The notes below the pieces were generated by a model that was not told where the DNA came from, made no database searches, and saw only the letters and a program-made list of their open reading frames with translations. 64,000 bases of DNA from an uncultured Thermoleophilia bacterium. GTDB taxonomy: Bacteria; Actinomycetota; Thermoleophilia; Gaiellales; Gaiellaceae. The stretch covers positions 300,398 through 364,397 of the forward strand of contig CAVZFN010000002.1 of assembly GCA_963774605.1 (NCBI GenBank), given 5' to 3'. This document shows, piece by piece, positions 9,774-20,457 of this stretch (within the stretch, counting starts at the first letter, position 1; the number at the start of each line of letters is the position of its first letter). Both the position numbers and the translations under genes were made by a program.

Positions 9774-10652
9774 ACGCGCCTCACCGCGGGCTCGCCGAAG
9801 AGCCCGGCCGGCCGCACGAGCAGCCCGACGAGAATCACGGCGAGCGCGATCGCGAGCCGCAATTCGTCCGTCGATCCAGTGGATGTAGGCGCCGGCGAGC
9901 GCGAGCCCGACCCCGAGCACGAGCCCGCCCACCACCGCGCCGAGTGGTGAGCTCATCCCGCCGAGCACGGCGGCGGCGAACGAGTAGAGCAGAACGCTGA
10001 GCATCATGTTCGGCTCGAGCAAGAGCGACGGCGCTGCCAGCACGCCCGCGACGGCGCCGAGAGCGGCAGCGAGCCCCCACCCGACGGCGAGCATCGCGCC
10101 GACATGGATCCCGACGAGACGCGCCTCGCTCGGGTTGACGGCGGAGGCGCGCAGGCCGAGGCCGATCTTCGTGCGCGTGAACAACAGCCACACGAGGCCG
10201 AGCGAGACCGCCGAGACGGCAATCACGCCGAGCTCGAGCTTCGAGAACGACACACCTCCGAGGTGGACGGTGGCGGTCGAGAACGGGCCTGCGAACTGCT
10301 TCACCGCACCGCCCCAGATCCAGGTCGTGAGCCCGTTGATCGCGATCAACAGCCCGACGGTGAGGAGCACGACCGCGAGCAACGGGCTCCCCTGCAACGG
10401 TCGGATCAGCACCTGCTGGACCGCCACCCCGCCACCGAACGAGAGGATCAACGTCGCCACGAACGCCGGCCAGAACGACCAGCCGTGGTCGAGCAGCGAC
10501 CAGCAGACGAACGCGGACAGCGTCGCCATTTCGCCCTGCGCGAAGTTGAGCACGCCGGTGGCGCGGTGAACGATCACGATCGCGAGCGCCAGCAGGGCGT
10601 AGATCCCCCCACTCGCGAGCCCGCCGACGACGTGCTGCAGAAAGCTCGTCAC
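9770..10652 (-). CDS. livH: Branched-chain amino acid ABC transporter permease (LivH type), with an apparent frameshift near 9865-9871
   Basis: MTSFLQHVVGGLASGGIYALLALAIVIVHRATGVLNFAQGEM... After ..AGAYIHWIDG the listed frame becomes Arg-rich (RIAARDRARRDSRRAARAAG). The +1 frame gives a canonical LivH tail, ELRLAIALAVILVGLLVRPAGLFGEPAVRRV*, ending at 9770. Confidence 0.82.
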
Positions 10653-10663
10653 GCTTCACTCGT

Positions 10664-10732
10664 GAATCTGGTTCGCTGACGCGAATCAGGTTCACCCCTG
10701 CGAACCTGATTCGGCGCAGCCGAACCAGATTC
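10664..10732. repeat. Nested palindromic intergenic repeat, four GAAYCWGRTTC units (copy A)
   Basis: 10664-10675 GAATCTGGTTCG is the exact reverse complement of 10721-10732. 10682-10693 CGAATCAGGTTC is the exact reverse complement of 10703-10714. A 38-nt stretch (10703-10740) matches 43801-43838 with 2 mismatches. Confidence 0.85.
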
Positions 10733-10742
10733 GCGAGTTTCA

Positions 10743-11444
10743 TCAGTACCCAAGGTACGACCTCCGCACCGACTCGTTGGCGCGCAGCTCGGAGGCGTCG
10801 CCGCCGAGGACGATCCGCCCGGTTTCGAGCACGAACGCATGCTTCGCCGCGCCGAGCGCGAGGGCGGCGTTCTGCTCGACGACGACGATCGTCGTGCCGC
10901 TTTCGTTCATCTGCCGCAGCGTCTCGAAGATCTCGCGCACGATCAGCGGCGCGAGGCCGAGCGACGGCTCGTCGAGCAGCAACAGCCGCGGCTTCGCCAT
11001 CATCGCGCGGCCGAGCGCGAGCATCTGCTGCTGCCCGCCCGAGAGCGCGGCCGCCCGCTGATCGCGTCGTTCGTAGAGCAGCGGGAAGAACTCGAAGACG
11101 CGTGCGAGGTCCCGTTGCGACGTGCCGCGCTGTGTCCAGGCGCCGAGCCGCAGGTTGTCGAGCACCGACAGGGTGGCGAAGGTGCCGCGGCCCTCCGGTA
11201 CGTGAGCGACGCCGCGTCGCGCCATCGCCTCCGGCGTCGGATGAAAGATCCTGCTCCCTTCCAGGAACAGCTCGCCGGTCATCTTCACCGTGCCCGAGAT
11301 GGCGCGCAGGGTCGTCGTCTTGCCGGCGCCGTTCGCCCCGAGGATCGCGACGAAATCGCCGTCCTCGACGCTCAGCGTGACGCCGTGCAGCGCGCGGATC
11401 TCGCCGTAGCGCGCTTCGACGTCGCGGAGCTCAAGGAGCGGCAA
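10743..11444 (-). CDS. livF: Branched-chain amino acid ABC transporter ATP-binding protein (LivF type)
   Basis: Track ORF of 233 aa. Walker A GANGAGKTT, signature LSGGQQQML, Walker B LLLLDEPS. Confidence 0.9.
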   Translation of the reverse strand: MPLLELRDVEARYGEIRALHGVTLSVEDGDFVAILGANGAGKTTTLRAISGTVKMTGELFLEGSRIFHPTPEAMARRGVAHVPEGRGTFATLSVLDNLRLGAWTQRGTSQRDLARVFEFFPLLYERRDQRAAALSGGQQQMLALGRAMMAKPRLLLLDEPSLGLAPLIVREIFETLRQMNESGTTIVVVEQNAALALGAAKHAFVLETGRIVLGGDASELRANESVRRSYLGY

Positions 11445-11468
11445 GGCGCGCCTCCCCGAGAGCGCGCG

Positions 11469-12227
11469 TCACGCGGCGGTCGGTTCGGCACCGAGATACG
11501 CCTCGATCACCGCAGAGTTCCGCTGCACCTCGTCGGGTGTTCCCTCGGCGATCTTGCGGCCGAAGTCGAGCACGTGGATGCGCTCGGCAGTGCTCATCAC
11601 GAGGCCCATGTGGTGCTCGACGAGGAGCACCGTCAGGTCGAAGTCGTGGCGCAGCTTCTTGATGAACGTGCCGAGCGCCGAGACCTCCTCGTGGTTGAGC
11701 CCGCCGGCCGGCTCGTCGAGCAGCAGCAGCTGCGGCTGAGCGACGAGCGCTCGGGCCAGCTCGACGCGCTTGAGCGTGCCGAAGGGCAGGCCGGCGACGG
11801 GACGATTCGCGACGTCTGCGATCCCGACATACTCGAGCACCTCACGCGCCCGCGCGTTGACGTCGCTGGAGCGAAACGGCTTCGTGCGTGTGTGCGCACC
11901 GACGAGCACGTTGTCGAGCACCGTCATCGTGCGAAAGAGCTCGACGTTCTGGAACGTTCGCGCGATGCCGCGCCGGACGATCCGGTGCGGCGGTGTATGG
12001 AGCAGGCTCTTCCCCGCGAACTCGAGCTCGCCGGCGTCCGGCCGGTACAGCCGCGTGATCACGTTGAACAGGGTCGTCTTGCCCGCGCCGTTCGGGCCGA
12101 TCAGCCCGACGATCTGGCCCTGCTCGACGTCCAGTGACACCTCGTCGATTGCGACGATGCCGCCGAAGCGGCGGGTGACGTCGCGGACGGAAAGCAGCGC
12201 CATCGGCTGGACTCTAAACAGGGCCAC
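11469..12227 (-). CDS. livG: Branched-chain amino acid ABC transporter ATP-binding protein (LivG type)
   Basis: Track ORF of 252 aa. GPNGAGKTTLFN, LPFGTLKRVELARAL, LLLLDEPAGGL. The start may instead be the ATG at 12203 (MALLSVRDV). Confidence 0.9.
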   Translation of the reverse strand: MALFRVQPMALLSVRDVTRRFGGIVAIDEVSLDVEQGQIVGLIGPNGAGKTTLFNVITRLYRPDAGELEFAGKSLLHTPPHRIVRRGIARTFQNVELFRTMTVLDNVLVGAHTRTKPFRSSDVNARAREVLEYVGIADVANRPVAGLPFGTLKRVELARALVAQPQLLLLDEPAGGLNHEEVSALGTFIKKLRHDFDLTVLLVEHHMGLVMSTAERIHVLDFGRKIAEGTPDEVQRNSAVIEAYLGAEPTAA

Positions 12228-12784
12228 CGCACCGCGCAGGGCACCTCGGGCGTTCTACCCGGGAGAAGGCAGAAAGCAAGGAGGCGTACCGATGAACAGG
12301 ATCACCAGAACGCTCTCGACGCTCGCCGGAATCGCCGCGGCCGGCGTTCTCCTGTGGGCCGCCGCGCAGGTCGGACGGCACTCGAACGGCGGCTACTGGG
12401 CGGCGTACGCGATCGTCGCCGCCGCCGGGCTCGTGCTGGCGCTGTCTCAGCTACGCGGCCGCACGGGCCATCCGCCGACGATGATCGCACTGGTCTTCGT
12501 GCCGGTGCTCGTCGTGGCCGGCTGGGTGCTGATCGGAATGGAGCCGCACGACAACTGGTTCAGGGAGCACGTGCTCGTCTGGTCGGGCGACCTGGGCGTC
12601 CGCAGCGTCGTGGTCGACGTCGGCGCCTGGATCGGCGTGCTCGCATTCGCGATCGGCTACACGCTCGGCCTGGCGCTCGAGCCCGCACCGCGGCGCCGCG
12701 TCGTCCCGGCCTACGACACCGAGGCCGCGGACGAACCGGTCGCGGCGGAGCGGCGCGAGGTAACCACGACGACGACGGAGGCGC

Positions 12785-14677
<1,893 letters not shown>

Positions 14678-14712
14678 GCGCCAAGGGTAGGCGCGCGTGT
14701 AAGGATGCGGAC

Positions 14713-15813
14713 GTGAGACGCATCGCGAAGGGTCGGATTGCCGCGCCACGCGCGCTCTGGGTTCTCGTGCCGCTGGCGGTTTCCGCGGCGATCCTCCTGG
14801 CAGGCTGCGGCGGGAGCAAGTCGGCCTCGTCGACGACCACGACGTCGTCGACGACGTCCACCAGCTCGGGCAGCGCGTTCACCGCCGCGCTGATCAGCGA
14901 CATCGGCAAGTTCACCGACAAGGGCTTCAACCAGAACCAGCTCAAGGGCCTGATGACCGCGAAGTCGAAGCTGGGGATCAACACACTGGCCTTGCAGTCG
15001 AACTCGACGAGCGACTACGCCCCGAACTTCAACTCGGCGATCCGCAAGGGCGCGAAGCTCGTGATCGCAGCAGGCTTCCTGCTCGCGCCGACCGAGGCGA
15101 CGTTCGCGAAGAAGTTCCCGAACGTCGACTTCGCGATCACCGACTACACCGTGCACACCTCCCCGTTCGCGGACAAGCAGGGCAACGTGCTGCCGGCGTT
15201 CAAGAACGTCCAGGGGTTGACCTACAACGCGAACGAGTCGGGCTGCCTCGTCGGTGTGCTCGCGGCGAAGATGGCGCAGAAGATGCTCGGCAACACGATC
15301 GGTGCCGTCGGCGGTCTGAAGATCCCGCCGGTCGACATCTGGATCGCCGGCTACAGGTACTGCGCGCAGAAGGCCGTCCCCGGGACCAAGGTGCTCGTGC
15401 AGTACTCGAACGACTTCGTCGCGACGGACAAGTGCCAGACGGTCGCCCAGAACGAGATCGCACAGGGCGCCAAGGTGCTGTTCCAGGTCGCAGGCGGCTG
15501 CGGTCTCGGCACGCTGAAGGCGGCTGCCGACGCGAAGCTCTGGGGCATCGGCGTCGACGTCGACCAGTACAACGACTCGCCCCGCGTCCTCACGAGCGGT
15601 GTCAAACGGGTCGACACGGGTGTGTTCGCGGCCGTCGCACAGGCCAAAGCAGGCAAGTTCAAGGGCGGCTCCGATCTCGTCTTCGACCTGAAGAACGGCG
15701 GCATGAGCGTCGGCAAGATCAGTCCCGCCGTGCCGAGCGCGTTCATCGCGCTGATGAACTCGTACAAGGCGAAGATCATCAACGGCACGCTCAAGGTCCC
15801 GACCGGGCTCTAG
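14713..15813 (+). CDS. BMP-family (PnrA/Med-like) ABC substrate-binding lipoprotein
   Basis: GTG at 14713 after AAGGATG. Lipobox in [19 protein letters not shown], followed by a Ser/Thr linker. Then ..[24 protein letters not shown]... No cognate permease or ATPase lies adjacent. Confidence 0.85.
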   Translation: MRRIAKGRIAAPRALWVLVPLAVSAAILLAGCGGSKSASSTTTTSSTTSTSSGSAFTAALISDIGKFTDKGFNQNQLKGLMTAKSKLGINTLALQSNSTSDYAPNFNSAIRKGAKLVIAAGFLLAPTEATFAKKFPNVDFAITDYTVHTSPFADKQGNVLPAFKNVQGLTYNANESGCLVGVLAAKMAQKMLGNTIGAVGGLKIPPVDIWIAGYRYCAQKAVPGTKVLVQYSNDFVATDKCQTVAQNEIAQGAKVLFQVAGGCGLGTLKAAADAKLWGIGVDVDQYNDSPRVLTSGVKRVDTGVFAAVAQAKAGKFKGGSDLVFDLKNGGMSVGKISPAVPSAFIALMNSYKAKIINGTLKVPTGL

Positions 15814-15824
15814 CTCTCCTCGGC

Positions 15825-16620
15825 ATGGCCAGCGTCGCCGAGCTGTTCGGCCTGGAGGACCGGATCGCGGTCGTGACCGGTGCGTCGGGCGTGCTCGGCG
15901 GGGAGCTCGCGCGAGGCCTTGCAACCGCCGGTGCGAAGGTCGGTCTCCTCGCACGACGGCGCGACCCGCTCGAGGCAGCTCGCGCGTGACCTCGGCGATA
16001 CCGCGGTCGTCCTCGAGGCCGACGTGCTGGACGCCGCTCAGCTCGAGCGCGCCCGGGAGACGATGCTCGAACGTTGGGGGCGCATCGACATCCTCATCAA
16101 CGCCGCCGGCGGCAACGTCGCCGCCGCGACGGTCGGCGAGCGGTCGTTCTTCGAGCTCGACGCCGGTGCGCTCGACGAGGTCGTCCGGCTCAACTTCCAC
16201 GGCACGCTGCTGCCGTGCCAGATCTTCGGCGCCGGGATGACGGACGGATCGATCGTGAACGTCTCGTCGCTGGCGGCGCACCGCGCGTTCACCCGGGTCG
16301 TCGGCTACGGAGCCGCGAAGGCAGCCGTCGAGAACCTGACCCGCTGGCTCGCGGTCGAGCTCGCGCCGCGCGGCGTGCGTGTGAACGCGATCGCCCCCGG
16401 CTTCTTCGTCGGTGAGCAGAACCGTGCGCTGCTGCTGGACGAGTCCGGAGCGTTGACCGAACGCGGCGAGCGAATCGTCGCGGCGACGCCGGCGGGGCGC
16501 TTCGGCGAGCCGCAAGAGCTCGCAGGCACGGTGATCTGGCTGTGCAGCGCTGCCGCGTCGTTCGTGACCGGCACGGTGATCCCGGTCGACGGCGGCTTCG
16601 ACGCCTTCGGCGGCGTCTAG
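15825..16620 (+). CDS. Short-chain dehydrogenase/reductase, with an apparent frameshift near 15975-15985
   Basis: The N-terminus MASVAELFGLEDRIAVVTGASGVLGGELARGL (TGxxxGxG) lies in the frame of ORF 15432..15989. The rest lies in ORF 15880..16620: ..DILINAAGG.., YGAAKAAV (YxxxK), ..IPVDGGF. Confidence 0.82.
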
Positions 16621-18020
16621 GCGAGCCGGTACGCGCGGCGGACGAGGCCGTAGGCGAGCTCCCACGCGAGACGACGAGCCTCGTCCTCGTCCAGGAACCC
16701 GCCCTCGACCTTGCGGGCGAGCCAGCCGCAGGTGCGGCGGCGCCACAGGTCGTGACGCGCCGGGAGCGCGGTCAGGGCGCGCGCGTCGTCGACGAAGCCG
16801 GCGAGGTTGTACAGCCCCGCCGTCTCGGTGACCCGGTCGAGGAAGCGGTCGATGCCCGCGGGGCTGTCGTGGAACCACCAGGGGCAGCCGAGCAAGACCG
16901 CGGGATAGTGACCTGCGAGCGGCGCCAGCTCGCGGCTGTAGGTGCTCTCGTCGAGTGTGAAGAGGATGACGGCGAAGCCGGGCTCGTTGCCGTACGCCTC
17001 GAGCAGGGGCCGCAGGCCGCGCGTCCAGTCGGTCGCGACCGGGATGTCGGCGCCGATGTCGTGGCCGAACCGTTCGGCGAGCGGACCGTTGTGGTCGCGC
17101 AGGCTGCCGACGTGGAGCTGCATGACGAGCCCGTCGTCGCAGCTCATGCGGGCGAACTCGTTCAGCATGTGCGCCTCGAAACGCCGCGCGTCTGCGTGCG
17201 AGACGCTGCCGGAGAGCGCCGCCGCGAACAGCGCGGACGCTTCGCTGTCGGCGAGCCGCGTGGTGTCGGCGCTCGTCGCAGCGTGGTCGGTCGCGGTGGC
17301 GCCGAGCGCCTTGAACGCGGCGCGTCGCTCGGCCAGCACGTCGAGGAACGTCGCGTAGTCGCCGACCTCGCGGCCCGCGGCAGCCTCGAGCTCGGACAGC
17401 GCGTTGCGCCAGCCGGCAGCATCGAGTGCGACGACCGCGTCGGGGCGAAAGGTCGGCCTGATGCGGGGCCCCGGCTGCGAGTCGGCGAGCGCCCGGTGCT
17501 CTGCGAGCGATGACCCGGCGGCGTCGGTCGTCGACAGGCACTCGACCCGAAAGCGGTCGAGCAGAGCCTGCGGAGCGAACGCCGCAGTCGAGAGCTGCTC
17601 CTCGACTCGCGCATAGATCGTCTCCGCCGATGCCGAGTCGAGCCGTTCCTCGATCCCGAACACGGTCGCGAGTGTCTCGCGCAGCCAGAGGCCGGTCGGC
17701 GTCAGCGCGAACAGGCGCACGTGGTCGGCGAGCAGCCGCCAGACGGCGCGGTCGTCGACCTCGGCCTCGCCGCCGTCGCGCGGCCGGAGCCCGGCGCGCT
17801 CGAGCGGCACGCCCTGCGAGTAGAGCATGCGAACGACGTAGTGGTCGGTGGTGACGAAGAGCCGGCCGGGCGGGTCGAGCCGAGCCGCGGGATCGGCGAG
17901 GAGTCGCACGTCGATGTGCCCGTGCGGGCTGACGATCGGCAGGTGGGCGACCTCGCCGTACAGGTCGAGGCCGAGCCCCGACGCCGCTTCGATGTAACGG
18001 TCGGCCCTCAGATCCGCCAC
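16617..18020 (-). CDS. uxaC: Glucuronate isomerase
   Basis: GTG at 18020 overlaps the upstream stop (GTGGCGGATCTGA). VADLRADRYIEAASGLGLDLYGEVAHLPIVSPHGHID.. is followed by a ~467-aa continuous frame ending ..LAWELAYGLVRRAYRLA. Confidence 0.87.
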   Translation of the reverse strand: MADLRADRYIEAASGLGLDLYGEVAHLPIVSPHGHIDVRLLADPAARLDPPGRLFVTTDHYVVRMLYSQGVPLERAGLRPRDGGEAEVDDRAVWRLLADHVRLFALTPTGLWLRETLATVFGIEERLDSASAETIYARVEEQLSTAAFAPQALLDRFRVECLSTTDAAGSSLAEHRALADSQPGPRIRPTFRPDAVVALDAAGWRNALSELEAAAGREVGDYATFLDVLAERRAAFKALGATATDHAATSADTTRLADSEASALFAAALSGSVSHADARRFEAHMLNEFARMSCDDGLVMQLHVGSLRDHNGPLAERFGHDIGADIPVATDWTRGLRPLLEAYGNEPGFAVILFTLDESTYSRELAPLAGHYPAVLLGCPWWFHDSPAGIDRFLDRVTETAGLYNLAGFVDDARALTALPARHDLWRRRTCGWLARKVEGGFLDEDEARRLAWELAYGLVRRAYRLA

Positions 18021-19276
18021 AGCCCGAGGCCGGGGTTCGGGATGTCGACCGTGTCGAGCGGGAATCGCTCGAGCGCCTCGTCCAGGGCCAGGTAGCGGAA
18101 CCCGGCGCCCTCGACGTCGGCGCGCGAGAGCTCGGGACCCGGTGCGTAGGTGACGGTGAAGCGCCCTTCGGTCGAGCCGTGAATCAGGTGCGCGACCGCA
18201 GCGAGGTTCGCGGCGAGCTCGGGGTCGTCCGCCATCGCCTGCAGCGCCGCCTCCCGCCCGTGGTAGCCGTGCCGCCGGATCAGGGCGTCGACGACGGGGT
18301 CCTCGCCGAAGCGCGTCACGCCCGGCGCGATGATGAAGAGCTCGCCGCCGTCGGCCATCGCGAGCCGCGTGCGGTAGATCGCCTTGTTGCCGAGCCACGT
18401 CGAGCGGTACTCCAGCGGATCGAGGTAGGCGACGCAGCGGCGAAACGGCGTCGCGAGCGTCTCGATGTTGACCTCGGCCGAGAGCGCGGCCGCCGCGCGA
18501 AACGCCGCGCCGCCCTGGGAGCGTGTGCCGCCTTCGCCGACGAAGATGCCGCGCAGGATCGGCCGGTCGTGGCGCGCTTCGACGACGGTGAGCACGAACA
18601 GCACCCGGCAACGCGGCTCGAGGAAGCGATCGAAGCCCCGGTCGAGCAGCCGGCGAACGGGTGCGTCGACGCGTCCGAGCGTCTCCTCGATCCCGTAGAC
18701 GGCGCTGAAGAAGTGGCTGCGCTGAATCGTCTCGCCGCCGCCGAGCCCGATCGAGACGTGCTTCGTGTAGCCGCCGAAGCCCGCCACCTCGTGCGGCACC
18801 ACCTGCCCGACGGACACGACGAGGTCGTAGGAACCGTCGACCAGTGCGCGGTTGACGGTGAACTGCAGGCCGAGGCCCAGACCGCGCCCGACGACCTCGT
18901 CGACCTCCTCCGCGGGAAGCTCACCGATCGTCGTCACGTCGTCGCGCCAGTGGTGCTGGAGCAGCGACGCGGGATCGATCGCGTCGCCGAACATCAGCCG
19001 TGACTCGGCAGGGCCGAGCGGCTGGTGGGTGCCGAGCGCCGGCATGACGTCGAGACGGTCGACCCGGCCGGCGAGCAGCCCGTAGAGCTCTGCGACGATC
19101 TCCCCCGCTCGCGAGTGGAAGCGCGTCTGGTCGGGCGGGACGAGCAGCACCCGGCGCGCCCCCGTCGCGGCCACCTGGTCCGCGAGGTCGCGCACAAACG
19201 CGCCCAGCTCGTCCGGCGTCAGGTCGGCGGTCGAGCCGCCGACCGAGAGCAGCGGCCGTCCAGTGGTCGTCGGCAC
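18008..19276 (-). CDS. LarA-like (DUF2088) nickel-pincer-cofactor-dependent 2-hydroxyacid racemase/epimerase family protein
   Basis: Track ORF of 422 aa. The segment ..VVPHEVAGFGGYTKHVSIGLGGGETI.. matches my recollection of the LarA PHxxAGFSGGxK..G..ETI region, which includes the cofactor-binding Lys. Continuous frame, translationally coupled to uxaC. Confidence 0.7.
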   Translation of the reverse strand: MPTTTGRPLLSVGGSTADLTPDELGAFVRDLADQVAATGARRVLLVPPDQTRFHSRAGEIVAELYGLLAGRVDRLDVMPALGTHQPLGPAESRLMFGDAIDPASLLQHHWRDDVTTIGELPAEEVDEVVGRGLGLGLQFTVNRALVDGSYDLVVSVGQVVPHEVAGFGGYTKHVSIGLGGGETIQRSHFFSAVYGIEETLGRVDAPVRRLLDRGFDRFLEPRCRVLFVLTVVEARHDRPILRGIFVGEGGTRSQGGAAFRAAAALSAEVNIETLATPFRRCVAYLDPLEYRSTWLGNKAIYRTRLAMADGGELFIIAPGVTRFGEDPVVDALIRRHGYHGREAALQAMADDPELAANLAAVAHLIHGSTEGRFTVTYAPGPELSRADVEGAGFRYLALDEALERFPLDTVDIPNPGLGLWRI

Positions 19277-19427
19277 GCCAGCAGGATAGGCACGCCTGCG
19301 AGCGCCAGGCTTCAGCTATTCGGGCGGAGTGTCGAGACGGAACGAGCGCGCCGAGCCGGTTCAGGGTGGCGTGATCGAGCCCGAGCCTCAGGCGGGCGCT
19401 TCGCACGCCGCCTGACGCGTCGTTGAT

Positions 19428-20099
19428 CTACCCGCCGTTCACCTCGACGAGGACGACGACGTCCGGTCCTGCGCTGTACAGCGCGTCGTCGAGCTCGAGC
19501 ATCAACCTGTGGAAACCGGGCGCGCCTCCGTTCTCCCAGCCGGCGACCGCGAATCGTGCTGTCAAAGGTCGATTTGGCGACGAACCGGCGACGAGCTCGG
19601 ACGTAACGCTCCGGATCTCGGATCGTGCTTGCTCGGCAAGCGCAAGAGCACTCGTAGCGTCGCGTCCGGGCAGGCAGATCAGGAACTCATCCCCGCCCAA
19701 GCGGAAGACCCCCTGCTCGTCGTCCGGGCCGGCCCGACCAGTCAGGGTCGACGCAAGGATCTTCGCGACGGCCTGCAAAGCCTGATCAGCGATCCCGTAG
19801 CCGAAGGACTGGTTGAACCCACCGAGGTCATCGATGTCGCAGACGACCGCGGCGCCGGCGCCTAGCTCGAGATTGCCCTTCAGGGCCGAAGTCCCCTGCT
19901 GACGTGTCGCAAGGCCAGTCAATTGATCCACGACAGGCAGCATCGATTCGTGGACCGACGCTACCGCCGCCGCACAACGGCGGCCGCGACTGCAGCGCCC
20001 GGTGATCAGCGCGAGCGCGCCGAGGAACAAGGCGACGCCTTGACTCGACCCGCCGCTGAACGCTGCCGAAAGGACGCTGGGATCCGGCGCGGCTAACAC
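19428..20099 (-). CDS. GGDEF-domain diguanylate cyclase; start uncertain
   Basis: DQLTGLATRQ..VVCDIDDLGGFNQSFGYGIADQAL..FRLGGDEFLICLP (GGDEF motif). The only possible extra element is one N-terminal hydrophobic segment (GVALFLGALALITG). The start could instead be the internal MLPVVDQLTGL. Confidence 0.8.
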   Translation of the reverse strand: MLAAPDPSVLSAAFSGGSSQGVALFLGALALITGRCSRGRRCAAAVASVHESMLPVVDQLTGLATRQQGTSALKGNLELGAGAAVVCDIDDLGGFNQSFGYGIADQALQAVAKILASTLTGRAGPDDEQGVFRLGGDEFLICLPGRDATSALALAEQARSEIRSVTSELVAGSSPNRPLTARFAVAGWENGGAPGFHRLMLELDDALYSAGPDVVVLVEVNGG

Positions 20100-20455
20100 G
20101 GCCTGCGAGGCCGACTGCGGACTCGCGGGGCGAAGGGTGCGTGGGTGCGCCGTAGTCGGGACTCGACACGATGCGCGTCAGCGCCTTTGCATCGGAACCG
20201 GGCCTGCCGCTTGATCGTGCGCGCGACTTGAGGCGACGGCGGCTGCGCTGCCTGGTGCAGCCGTGGGACCACTCCCGCCACGCGACTGCCCGAACTCGTC
20301 GGCACCGCCTCGATGTACTGCGCAATAGCGGAAGGAGGAGGCCCTCCTGCCGCGCGCGCAACGCTCGCACCAGCTACTCCTGGAGCCGCAGCGGCGCAAA
20401 CGAGAACGACGATCGACATGCGTACAGGGCGCATGGACGGGCGGTACCCTAGCAA
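20093..20455 (-). CDS. Hypothetical secreted protein, possibly frame-disrupted
   Basis: Signal-like N-terminus MRPVRMSIVVLVCAAAAPGVAGA, then ..AIAQYIEAVPTSSGS... The second half is Arg-rich and looks out of frame. The boundary with the GGDEF gene is unclear. Confidence 0.3.
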   Translation of the reverse strand: MLGYRPSMRPVRMSIVVLVCAAAAPGVAGASVARAAGGPPPSAIAQYIEAVPTSSGSRVAGVVPRLHQAAQPPSPQVARTIKRQARFRCKGADAHRVESRLRRTHAPFAPRVRSRPRRPC

Positions 20456-20457
20456 CC

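Noticed and set aside
8829-10652. Natural LivH-LivM fusion protein of 607 aa
   Set aside because: The linker is Arg-rich nonsense. An alternative frame gives a perfect LivH C-terminus plus an ATGA-coupled livM start. The fusion is therefore most simply explained by a single-base indel.
19385-19420. Hairpin TCAGGCGG..CCGCCTGA as a terminator for the GGDEF gene
   Set aside because: The stem is plausible, but there is no U-tract on the transcribed strand and the stem is short. The evidence is not enough to call it a feature.
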